12,140 bases of DNA from Calditrichia bacterium (GTDB lineage Bacteria > Calditrichota > Calditrichia > RBG-13-44-9), in NCBI GenBank assembly GCA_037381445.1, contig JARRQT010000083.1, forward strand, positions 1 through 12,140, written 5' to 3'. The translations under genes were made by a program, and so were the position numbers. The notes beneath the pieces were generated by a model. The model did no database searches and was not told the origin of the DNA. It saw only the letters and a program-made list of their open reading frames with translations. Of this stretch, positions 1 through 7,869 are shown piece after piece. Numbering within the stretch: position 1 is the stretch's first letter; every line of letters begins with the position of its first letter.

Positions 1-1
1 G

Positions 2-940
2 GATCAGTACGGGCACAACAGCCAGGTAGTAGACGGCATTATGGTGACCCGGGGGACCACGATTCCTTATAATAAAACCGGCCGCTGGGACTGGATTTCC
101 TCCGGAGAACGCTGGCTGAGCGGGATGGGGGATCTGTCAACCTTTTATGGGGGATTTGATTTGGGCCGGGAATTCTTTGGCAGCACCCTTACACACGGCG
201 ATTATCACAGTGTTGAAATTACTTTTGATCCTGGCCTGCAGACCAATTGCGCGGTCTATCGTCGTGATCTTGGGTACCAATACAGCGGGACCGGCATCTT
301 TTACGGCGCGGCCTACGATATCTCCGATTCACTCAATCCCCGCCGGGTAAATATTGTGTTTGCGGAAGACCATAATATTAAACCTGCCGATCTGATCTGG
401 AATCCCGATACAACAGGGCTTGGCGGCAGGGAATACCTTTTCATTATGGACAGCGATTACGACCCGGTGACTGCAGGCGGTTACAACGATACTAATTTCG
501 GACCTGATGCTGATGTGGTGTGGGGTGGCTGGACAAGGGTCAAGCCGGGATATTCCTTTCTGCAGGAGCCTGCTGATCTCTATCTGTATCTGGATAAAGC
601 CGTCGGGCAGGGAGATGTATTTCAGTTCACTCCCCAATGGACCAATGCAGATACCTTGCCCCATACTTTTCAGCTTTACCAGAACTATCCCAATCCCTTT
701 AATCTGGTAACCAATATTCAGTTTTATCTCATCCGCGCGGCCCGGGTAAAACTGGAGATATACAATGTGCTGGGCCAGAAAGTCCGGACGTTAATGAACG
801 GGGAGATGGAAGCAGGAGAACACCGGCTGCAGTGGGACGGGCGAAATGACGCCGGAAATACTCAGGGCTCCGGGATCTACTTTTTCCGCATTTCAATAGG
901 CGATTTTGTGAAGACCCGGAAAATGATCCTGCTCAGATAG
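2..940 (+). CDS. Secreted protein with C-terminal T9SS type A-like/FlgD-Ig sorting domain; 5'-truncated paralog of the downstream 1113-aa protein
   Basis: The frame is open from base 2 (DQYGHNSQVVDGIMVTRGTTIP) and aligns with DQYGHNSRVVDGFMITRGTTIP in the next gene, so the ATG at 41 is internal. The C-terminus has LYQNYPNPFN...IYNVLGQKVRTL...WDGRNDAG...SGIYF...KMILLR. Confidence 0.88.
   Translation, partial: DQYGHNSQVVDGIMVTRGTTIPYNKTGRWDWISSGERWLSGMGDLSTFYGGFDLGREFFGSTLTHGDYHSVEITFDPGLQTNCAVYRRDLGYQYSGTGIFYGAAYDISDSLNPRRVNIVFAEDHNIKPADLIWNPDTTGLGGREYLFIMDSDYDPVTAGGYNDTNFGPDADVVWGGWTRVKPGYSFLQEPADLYLYLDKAVGQGDVFQFTPQWTNADTLPHTFQLYQNYPNPFNLVTNIQFYLIRAARVKLEIYNVLGQKVRTLMNGEMEAGEHRLQWDGRNDAGNTQGSGIYFFRISIGDFVKTRKMILLR
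615..933 (+). repeat. Copy 1 of a ~319-bp near-identical direct repeat encoding the sorting domain
   Basis: Ungapped match to 4022-4340 with 12 mismatches by manual count (~96%). Confidence 0.95.
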
Positions 941-1014
941 CACGAATTCGGGTGAGCTTAAAATCTGCAACGGCCTTAAAAAACATAAAATAAAGTCAGA
1001 GAAAGTTGGCAAAA

Positions 1015-4000
1015 ATGGCGCGTTTCCTGGTATTTCTTATTCTGTTCATTTATTTCATATTCTTATGGGGTTCGGATACCTCACTTAAAAACAAGCAAAA
1101 ATTGGCCGCACCCAGAAAATTTTTGGGTTCTCCGGCCAATACCCTGCTGAACATCAACAATTTCTCCGCCTGGATAAGTGACGACGGCATGTCCGCATAT
1201 AATCCCTTTCATAGCATGGCCGGCGTTATCTATCCCCGGGGGACAGCCAACGTGATATTTCAGGATGGATTGGTGTGGGGCGGATACAGTTGTGACGGAC
1301 AGGAGCCATCCCTGCGCGTGGGCGGGCAAGTCTACAATATCGGAACGCAGCCCGGCAGGATCATATCAGTTGGGGTGGCGCAGGACCGCTCCGACCCCCG
1401 GGTACGCATCTACCGGATTCGCCATGGCTGGCTGTCTTTACCCAGCGCTGTACTGCGGACCGATGCCTCCGAACTGCTCTGTATAGACCCCTCGGAAGTG
1501 ACCCAATCCCAGATCGATGAAGTCCGTGCCCAGTATGGCCGGGACTGGAAGGAGTGGCCCGTGGACATGGGTGCTCCTTTTTATGATCTGAACGGCAATG
1601 GTATTTATGAACCATTACTGGGCGAAACACCGGGAATCGCCGGTGCCGACCAGGTGATCTGGTTTGTGTGTAATGATCTTGATATCGGTAGAACTACCAG
1701 TCTGTACGGGTCCCCGCCCATCGGTCTCGAACTACAGGTCACCATGTGGGGGTACAACCGGAACGATGCTTTGGGACAAATGTATTTTCGCCGCTACCGG
1801 TTGATCAATAAATCCGGCGCCCTGTTCGATTCCGTGTTCGTGGCCCAATGGTCCGATCCGGATATAGGCAAGCCCGGCGACGATCTCGCCGGCAGTGATT
1901 CCGTGATGAACATGGGCTACATCTATAACGGCTACCCTGAAGACCAGGAGTTTCAAAAATTCAACCTGCCGCCGCCTGCTGTGGGATATGACCTCTTGCA
2001 GGGCCCTGTTGTCCCCTATCCCGGAAACACCGCCATATTTGACTTTAAAAAGCGGCCGGGCTATAAAAACCTGCCCATGACTTCATTTTCCTATATTTTG
2101 AGCGATCCCCCTTTAGGCGACGCCAAACCTACCCCCCGTGATTATGCCGGGACTATTGAATGGTATAAAATGCTTCGCGGCTATATTCCCAACAACGATG
2201 ATCTTGCCGATTTGCGCCGTTATGTTACGGGATACGGCCCGGATAAAGGGAAGCCGACGCTTTTTCCCCTCGGCGGCAATCCGGTCACCGGATCCGGTGA
2301 CCTGGACGGTCATGGAAATAATTTTCCGCCAGGTGAACGCCGGATCGTTCTTTCCAGCGGCCCCTTCACCATGCAGCCCGGCGACACCCAGGAGGTCATT
2401 GTCAGCATTGTGGGCGGGATATCAGAAAACTATTTGATGAGCGCCGGGCAAATGATGGAAAATGATGTCTTTGCGCAGGCCGCCTATAATACCCTGTTCG
2501 GTTTTCTCCCCACGCCGGTCGCCTTTACCGCCGCCGCGGACTATATCAATTCTTCACAAACCCGCATCCATTTCCGCGCCGTCAATTACGAGGCCGATTC
2601 CATTCACATTTCCATAAAAAGATACGATGGCGTTCCGGTGGGATCTTTGAGTTTGTATGACGACGGCGCCCATGGGGATGGAGGGGCGAAGGACGGCCTG
2701 TTCTGCAACGACTGGCTCACCACGCCTTTTCCGCAGGGACTTTATGTTGATGCACGGGTTTCCTATTCCGGCAGCCATTCATATAGCTGGCCGAAGATTT
2801 ATGAAAATCTTGTCACTGGCGGACCGCTGCGGATAACACAATTCCTGCCGGCCTCCGATAACCTGAATCATGACGGCGTGGCCAATCCGGGAGAGAACAT
2901 CCGTTATACCCTGGCGATCGAAAACCAGGCGGCGATGGCTTTTTCGCAGGTGAAAATTACGCAGGTGCGGGCCATGGAACGCCAATTCGTCACTGATTTA
3001 TCCGCCCCCAACGGCAACGAAATTATTCCCGAATTCCCGGCGAACAGTTATTATTCGTGGGATTATTCGGCGGACGCCAGATTCTATCAATTCAATATCA
3101 GCAGCAATTTTACGGACGGCGACAGTATTCATTTGATTTTTAGACTGACCGATGACCAATACAATCTGTGGCGGGATACGGTTGCGGTCCGGGTCGCTCC
3201 CCTGCCGGTGCAGCCCCAGGAACAACTGATGAGCAAAGTCTTCGGTCCTTGTTATGGTCAGTTGGGCTGCCGGCTGATTGACCCCTCACGGCTTGTTGAC
3301 CACACTTACCAGGTTTCCTTTAACAGGCAGCGCATTGATGGGACCGCGCTTTATGACCTGCAGGACCTGACGGCCGGCACCACTCTGCTCACCGCCCAGC
3401 CCTATCCGGACCAGTACGGCCACAACAGCCGGGTCGTTGATGGTTTCATGATAACCCGGGGCACCACTATTCCCCGGGACAGGGCATCCAACTGGAATTG
3501 GATAGGCCGGATATGGCTTGCCGAGGTAGATACCTCATCATCATGGCCGTGGACAGGCTTCCGACTGGGAGCAGATCTCTGGGGGAGCACAGTGCCGAAC
3601 GGCCGGTATCACAGTGTAAAAATCGTTTTCGATCCCGAAGTGCAAACCAACTGCGCGGTCTATCGGAGTGACCTTGAGTATCAATATAGCGGTATCGGCG
3701 TCTTTTCTGGCGCAGCCTATGATATATCCGATGCACTTAATCCCAGACGGGTAAACATTGTATTTACGGAAGACGACACTTTAAAGCCCGCCGACATGAT
3801 CTGGAATCCCGACAGGAGCAAAACAGGCGGTGGGGAACTGTTATTTATTATGAATAGTGATTATAATCCCCTTACCGCCGGCGGCTATGATGATGACAAT
3901 TTCGGCCCGAAATCAGACGTGCTGTGGACAGCCTGGACCAGATTTTTTTCAGATAATGACACTTTTATTGTAAGACCTGCAGAGCTTTACCTGTATGTGC

Positions 4001-4347
4001 GGCAAGCTGTCTCTACAGGCAATGTATTTCAGTTCACTCCCCAATGGACCAATGCAGATACCTTGCCCCATACTTTTCAGCTTTACCAGAACTATCCCAA
4101 TCCGTTCAATCTGGTAACCAATATTCAGTTTTATCTCATCCGCGCGGCTAAGGTAAAACTGGAGATATACAATGTGCTGGGCCAGAAAGTCCGGACGTTA
4201 ATGAACGGGGAGATGGAGGCAGGAGAACAGCGGCTGCAGTGGGACGGGAGCAATGATGCCGGAAATAGTCTGGGCTCCGGGATCTACTTTTTCCGCATTT
4301 CAATAGGCGATTTTGTGAAGACCCGGAAAATGATCCTGCTGAAATAA
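1015..4347 (+). CDS. Large secreted multidomain protein with C-terminal T9SS type A-like/FlgD-Ig sorting domain
   Basis: Long ORF starting at TTG 1006 or in-frame ATG 1015. It has a hydrophobic signal-like N-terminus (MARFLVFLILFIYFIFLWGS), acidic putative Ca-binding loops (DLNGNGIYE; LYDDGAHGDGGAKDG, choice-of-anchor X-like; DNLNHDGVANPGE) and a C-terminal QNYPNPFN...SGIYF...KMILLK domain. Confidence 0.9.
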   Translation: MARFLVFLILFIYFIFLWGSDTSLKNKQKLAAPRKFLGSPANTLLNINNFSAWISDDGMSAYNPFHSMAGVIYPRGTANVIFQDGLVWGGYSCDGQEPSLRVGGQVYNIGTQPGRIISVGVAQDRSDPRVRIYRIRHGWLSLPSAVLRTDASELLCIDPSEVTQSQIDEVRAQYGRDWKEWPVDMGAPFYDLNGNGIYEPLLGETPGIAGADQVIWFVCNDLDIGRTTSLYGSPPIGLELQVTMWGYNRNDALGQMYFRRYRLINKSGALFDSVFVAQWSDPDIGKPGDDLAGSDSVMNMGYIYNGYPEDQEFQKFNLPPPAVGYDLLQGPVVPYPGNTAIFDFKKRPGYKNLPMTSFSYILSDPPLGDAKPTPRDYAGTIEWYKMLRGYIPNNDDLADLRRYVTGYGPDKGKPTLFPLGGNPVTGSGDLDGHGNNFPPGERRIVLSSGPFTMQPGDTQEVIVSIVGGISENYLMSAGQMMENDVFAQAAYNTLFGFLPTPVAFTAAADYINSSQTRIHFRAVNYEADSIHISIKRYDGVPVGSLSLYDDGAHGDGGAKDGLFCNDWLTTPFPQGLYVDARVSYSGSHSYSWPKIYENLVTGGPLRITQFLPASDNLNHDGVANPGENIRYTLAIENQAAMAFSQVKITQVRAMERQFVTDLSAPNGNEIIPEFPANSYYSWDYSADARFYQFNISSNFTDGDSIHLIFRLTDDQYNLWRDTVAVRVAPLPVQPQEQLMSKVFGPCYGQLGCRLIDPSRLVDHTYQVSFNRQRIDGTALYDLQDLTAGTTLLTAQPYPDQYGHNSRVVDGFMITRGTTIPRDRASNWNWIGRIWLAEVDTSSSWPWTGFRLGADLWGSTVPNGRYHSVKIVFDPEVQTNCAVYRSDLEYQYSGIGVFSGAAYDISDALNPRRVNIVFTEDDTLKPADMIWNPDRSKTGGGELLFIMNSDYNPLTAGGYDDDNFGPKSDVLWTAWTRFFSDNDTFIVRPAELYLYVRQAVSTGNVFQFTPQWTNADTLPHTFQLYQNYPNPFNLVTNIQFYLIRAAKVKLEIYNVLGQKVRTLMNGEMEAGEQRLQWDGSNDAGNSLGSGIYFFRISIGDFVKTRKMILLK
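4022..4340 (+). repeat. Copy 2 of the ~319-bp near-identical direct repeat
   Basis: Ungapped match to 615-933 at an offset of 3407 bp. Confidence 0.95.
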
Positions 4348-4428
4348 ATTTTGCACAGTGAAACGAGGCAGCATTTCAAACGATTCTTTGCAAAAGGGAA
4401 GTCTTATTATTTTTACGGGTTCTCACAG

Positions 4429-4725
4429 CTATTTAACAATCGTAAAAATTTCGCGTCGTCCCGTTTCCACCAACGGGGTGACCTTTTGGTACCAATTCTT
4501 CCATTCGCTATTGCTTGTCACTTTCTTGAAGGAATTTTCATAATCGGCCATATTGTCAAAGGTGGTTTCCATCACCAGGGTGTAGAACGTTCCGCTGAGA
4601 TCGGTCAGCAGACGAACCGGAGAGTTCCCGAATTGCTGCATCCCCTCCGGGCTTTCCCGGAACAGGTTGATTGCATCCCGGGCCTTCCCGAATTTGAGCT
4701 GAAATACATCACGGACCAGAATCAT
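4429..4725 (-). CDS. Small dimeric alpha-beta-barrel (NIPSNAP/ABM-like) protein
   Basis: 98 aa with a strong RBS (TAAGGAGG, 7 nt upstream of ATG). The pattern VRDVFQLKFGK...VRLLTDLSGTFYTLVMETTFDNMADYE...W..W...RREIF fits a ferredoxin-like dimeric barrel. Confidence 0.75.
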   Translation of the reverse strand: MILVRDVFQLKFGKARDAINLFRESPEGMQQFGNSPVRLLTDLSGTFYTLVMETTFDNMADYENSFKKVTSNSEWKNWYQKVTPLVETGRREIFTIVK

Positions 4726-4861
4726 ATTTTTGCCTCCTTAGTTTTCTTTTCGATGAATAATCAAACGCCAAATTTCCGCCCAGCCCGCTGTTCTCATCAT
4801 CTGAAATGAGAAAGAATGGCTGGCTGACCGATAGATTACTTTTTGCTTTCCTGTGCCCTGC

Positions 4862-5269
4862 TCATTTCCATTCCCAGATCTTATCATGAACATTTCCGTT
4901 TTCATCTGTTTCATATTCAAATACCACTGCAACATTATTCAGGCGGTCGAATTTCGGTGAATTGGTCTGCCAAAGCAGAAGGCCGCGGTAATTGGCCGCC
5001 ATTCCCTTTCCGGTGGGTTTTCCAAGACCCGTAGCATTCCACTCGGCGGTTTGGCCGTCCTTGCTCATATACACGCCCTGCCCTTCGCCCCGCAAATTTC
5101 CGGAGGGCGTCATGATTGAAGAATAAGTACCAGTATTTGTGCCCTCTATTCCCAGCAAAGTGCCGGTGGCCTGAAAGGAAGCCTCTATCTTATGGCCCCT
5201 CCCCTCGCTGGATAATACGCGAATTCCTGTTATTTTTCCTTTTTCCTCTCCAATATTTTCACCTAACAT
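4862..5269 (-). CDS. Conserved hypothetical Gly/Thr-rich beta-barrel-like protein
   Basis: 135 aa with RBS AAAGGAGGT upstream. It shows alternating beta-strand patterns and ends in KIWEWK. The fold is an inference. Confidence 0.75.
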   Translation of the reverse strand: MLGENIGEEKGKITGIRVLSSEGRGHKIEASFQATGTLLGIEGTNTGTYSSIMTPSGNLRGEGQGVYMSKDGQTAEWNATGLGKPTGKGMAANYRGLLLWQTNSPKFDRLNNVAVVFEYETDENGNVHDKIWEWK

Positions 5270-5292
5270 TTTATCATACCTCCTTTAAATAT

Positions 5293-5323
5293 CAAAGGTG
5301 AGCAGCCTGGCCGCCCACCTTTG
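5293..5323 (-). other. Intercistronic RNA stem-loop
   Basis: The minus strand reads CAAAGGTGGGCGGC-CAG-GCTGCTCACCTTTG, a 14-bp stem with two G-U pairs that form only on the minus (coding) strand. There is no long U-tail. Confidence 0.65.
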
Positions 5324-5365
5324 GGTAATTGCTTACTGATTCATCAAACGGCCAGCCGGACCTTC

Positions 5366-5821
5366 TTAAGCCACTTTGGCCTGTTTGGGCATTTCAACAC
5401 CAAGCTGCTTCAGTATTCCGGGAAGCCCGCCGCCCTCCACTTTCTCCAGTTCAATTTTGCTTATTTTGTCTTTATCCACCCATATCTGGATGTGTTCCTC
5501 AGGCATTTTTACCTGCCGGTTGGTAGCCGGAATATTTCTCATCCCCGGCAGCGGCGCTTTCATTTCCCGCGAGTGGGTTCCGGTTAAATGAACTGTAGCC
5601 ATAACGCGATTTCCGTCTTCCGTTATGATCTTGTGATTGAACCTGAAATCGGGAAGACCGGATGATAACGCCCGGTGAACGTTAAGGAACTCATCCAGGC
5701 TGATCGGATTGGGCCCGACGCCGGTGACTGCCCCACTTTTATTGATCAATTTTTCAGCGGCACTGTAATCTTCACTCTCAATGGCTGAAATCAATTTGCT
5801 GACAACTTCTGATGCTTTCAT
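5366..5821 (-). CDS. SnoaL-like (NTF2-fold) ester cyclase family protein
   Basis: 151 aa with RBS TAAGGAGG. It has the SnoaL-type motif LPDFRF...EDGNRV...LTGTHS...IPATNRQV. Confidence 0.85.
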   Translation of the reverse strand: MKASEVVSKLISAIESEDYSAAEKLINKSGAVTGVGPNPISLDEFLNVHRALSSGLPDFRFNHKIITEDGNRVMATVHLTGTHSREMKAPLPGMRNIPATNRQVKMPEEHIQIWVDKDKISKIELEKVEGGGLPGILKQLGVEMPKQAKVA

Positions 5822-5881
5822 TTTAACACCCTCCTTATAAAAATAAAGTTAGAATTACTTATACAAAAAACGGGATTACAA

Positions 5882-6481
5882 TTATTTCATCCCCGCTTTC
5901 AAATCCTCTGGTGACAGCGGAACCGGAACGGCATTTTGAATCGGCTTCAGCGACTGCAGGTAGGCGAACATGTCCCGCAGGTCCGAGTCGCTTACCTTTC
6001 CGATGCTCTGCCACGGCATGGGCGGCAGGATCGGTCTCCCGGCTCCCATATGCTTTCCGGTGCGCATGGTCTTAATAAATATATCCGGTGTCCATAAACC
6101 CAGGCCCGTGTTTTTATCCGGGGTCAGATTAGCTGCAAATGATACTCCCCACGGCCCGGCCCAGGCCGTCAGATCATTGGAAAATTGGCCACCCCACTTT
6201 TCCGGGCCTATTATTGCCATATCGACCCGGGGAAGTCTTTCTTTGGCCGGATGCCCGGACAGCAGCCTGCTCTCATCGGGAACCGGCCCCATTTTAGTCA
6301 TCACCTTCGGCGAGTGACAATCATTGCAGCCCCCCAGATTTACCAGATACTCCCCATGCTTTATTTGCGCGTCATTGGGGCTGCCCGTTTGAGCCAATAA
6401 CTTTGCCTGGAATCCGTATAATAATAACAGGGAGATAGAGAATACCGAAAACACACCGCTCACAAACCATTTATGCTTCAT
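5882..6481 (-). CDS. Exported c-type cytochrome with a single CXXCH (resembles 'diheme cytochrome c-553'-annotated family)
   Basis: It has GEYLV...CNDCHSP, GPWGVSFAANLTPD..TGLG.W and ILPPMPW (likely Met axial ligand), plus an N-terminal hydrophobic signal. The RBS GAGGAG lies 8 nt before ATG 6481, which is favoured over the track start at 6496. Confidence 0.88.
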   Translation of the reverse strand: MKHKWFVSGVFSVFSISLLLLYGFQAKLLAQTGSPNDAQIKHGEYLVNLGGCNDCHSPKVMTKMGPVPDESRLLSGHPAKERLPRVDMAIIGPEKWGGQFSNDLTAWAGPWGVSFAANLTPDKNTGLGLWTPDIFIKTMRTGKHMGAGRPILPPMPWQSIGKVSDSDLRDMFAYLQSLKPIQNAVPVPLSPEDLKAGMK

Positions 6482-6603
6482 CGTAGTGCTCCTCATGAAT
6501 TTGGTTAAGTGACAGCTTCCTCTTGGGAAGATGATTTGTATTTGTTACGCTTACTATCAACATCAATTAAACCGCTCATTTTTTCCATCTCATTCTGCAG
6601 CAC

Positions 6604-6654
6604 TTACCGGCTGCGGGAATGCACCCTCAATTGCATTCCGCATCCTGCCGGTAA
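6604..6654. other. Long imperfect inverted repeat (stem-loop) upstream of the cytochrome c gene
   Basis: Outer stem TTACCGGC/GCCGGTAA plus inner stem TGCG(G)GAATGCA/TGCATTCCGCA, with an 8-nt loop and a 4-nt bulge. Confidence 0.65.
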
Positions 6655-6734
6655 TGGGTTTTCGACAAGCCGGAGTTTCAATATGATCATGAACCTTCCT
6701 TTTGCCTGCATGATTCAGGATCCTCTTAGTGAAT

Positions 6735-6917
6735 TCATCGCCGTTCATGATTTCTCTTTGCACTTCTATTTAATTTCCGTGGATTTTCTTTTTTTCTGGA
6801 ATCAGGATTCTCTCGATCGTCGGATTTCAGCCATCCGGCCAGACCAAACAGATCGCTGATATCTCTCTCCGTCAGGGATATTTTATCGAGTCCGAAAAGA
6901 TGCTTATTGAAGAACAT
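6735..6917 (-). CDS. Small hypothetical protein (60 aa) with a basic C-terminus
   Basis: A strong RBS (GAAAGGAGA) lies just upstream of ATG 6917, and the ORF is co-oriented with the cluster. Confidence 0.5.
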   Translation of the reverse strand: MFFNKHLFGLDKISLTERDISDLFGLAGWLKSDDRENPDSRKKENPRKLNRSAKRNHERR

Positions 6918-6934
6918 GACATATCTCCTTTCGT

Positions 6935-7090
6935 TTATGACATTTTAATGTCCCTTAATTGACCGCATCTCCTGGCTTTCGCCAATCGCTGTTCCGATTC
7001 CCTTCTCTGCTTAAGAAATTGATGCTTCTCTATTTCATGAATAATAATTTCCGTGCTATTTTCATTTTCATTACCGAAATTCGAATCCAT
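6935..7090 (-). CDS. Small hypothetical protein (51 aa), not in the ORF track
   Basis: Manual translation gives MDSNFGNENENSTEIIIHEIEKHQFLKQRRESEQRLAKARRCGQLRDIKMS. The ATG is 2 nt after the SnoaL stop codon, suggesting translational coupling, and the sequence looks like a charged helix. Confidence 0.45.
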   Translation of the reverse strand: MDSNFGNENENSTEIIIHEIEKHQFLKQRRESEQRLAKARRCGQLRDIKMS

Positions 7091-7092
7091 TT

Positions 7093-7533
7093 CTAAAGTT
7101 CAGGAAGCAGACCGATATTCCTTAGAAATCCTGCCAGATCCCAGATATTGCTTCCGGATTTAATTCGCTCATCAATTACTGAATAGAATGACATACCCCG
7201 AACTGAAAATTGTCTGCCTGAAGGCGGTATGTTCAAAAGCGGTCCCCTGTGCGTGCCCGTGGCGATCCAGATCAGTACGGCCTGATTTTCTTCGATCAGC
7301 AAGTTCTCTTTGCGGAAATGCAGATCGGGGAAGGCCAAAAAATACCGGCGCGCTGCGCTCTGAATGGCAGCCAGTCCCTCCTGCGGTCGGGAGTCGGCAA
7401 TATCGTTCCCCCGATAATCCGCCGCATAAAATTCAGCCAGTTTCTCAACATCGTGATCATTCCAGCTATCAATCAAATTTTTCACAAACCGGTTCATTTG
7501 ATCTCTGCTGATGATATTTGTTTTCAGTTCCAT
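7093..7533 (-). CDS. SnoaL-like (NTF2-fold) ester cyclase family protein
   Basis: Motifs WNDHDVE...FYAADY...AFPDLHF...W.ATGTHRGPLLNIPPSGR...RGMS...WDLAGFLRNIG. The start is ATG 7533 or TTG 7539. Confidence 0.9.
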   Translation of the reverse strand: MELKTNIISRDQMNRFVKNLIDSWNDHDVEKLAEFYAADYRGNDIADSRPQEGLAAIQSAARRYFLAFPDLHFRKENLLIEENQAVLIWIATGTHRGPLLNIPPSGRQFSVRGMSFYSVIDERIKSGSNIWDLAGFLRNIGLLPEL

Positions 7534-7569
7534 TCCCAAGATCTTCTTTCCTTTTTCAAAATCTGATTA

Positions 7570-7599
7570 ATTATAGGAAGAATGACTGTTCAGTATCAA
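7570..7599 (-). promoter_or_regulatory. Putative sigma70-type promoter of the small-protein operon
   Basis: Minus strand TTGATA (7599-7594), an 18-nt spacer and TATAAT (7575-7570), about 35 nt upstream of the SnoaL start. Confidence 0.6.
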
Positions 7600-7647
7600 G
7601 ACCACTGTCTGCTCAATCTTTGCTCATTTTTGTGGATTTTTTGTTCA
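7587..7647 (-). promoter_or_regulatory. Phased TGA(A/G)CA direct repeats, a candidate operator
   Basis: Minus-strand boxes: TGAACA 7647-7642, degenerate TCCACA 7636-7631, TGAGCA 7626-7621, TGAGCA 7615-7610 and TGAACA 7592-7587. Start-to-start spacings are 11, 10, 11 and 23 bp. Confidence 0.55.
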
Positions 7648-7869
7648 TTTCCCGGGAATATGAGTGATTTCTTTGCAGTGGCATAATTTGGGGCCGCATT
7701 CTCCGGCCGCCCGGCTGAATCCGGCTCCCGGGATCAGTATGGCAAAAGGCGCAACGCTGACGACCGGAAAGGCAAAGACAGACCGCTGGGAACTGCGGGG
7801 CAGTCATCCTGACATGATCTGTTTATAATGTAAAAAGGAAAATTGCGGTTTTGATTGCGGGGGAGGACC

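Noticed and set aside
615..4340. Diversity-generating retroelement TR/VR pair
   Set aside because: The mismatches are not confined to adenines in either copy (C/G, T/C and C/T occur), both copies are coding ends of paralogs, and no reverse transcriptase is in the window.
4348..4428. Bidirectional terminator between the convergent genes
   Set aside because: Only weak, interrupted AT-rich complementarity (TTTTGCA/TGCAAAA), with no compact GC stem.
4351..4809. 152-aa plus-strand ORF and other overlapping or antisense ORFs in the track
   Set aside because: They are shadows of better-supported genes that have RBSs and recognisable motifs.
7686..7810. Riboswitch-like words (GGCAAA..GAAA..GCAAAG; GCTGAATCC; TTTGGGG) suggesting c-di-GMP-I or c-di-AMP aptamers
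   Set aside because: They are on the strand opposite the flanking genes, the order and pairing do not fit, and they lie upstream of the predicted promoter. An Rfam scan would settle it.
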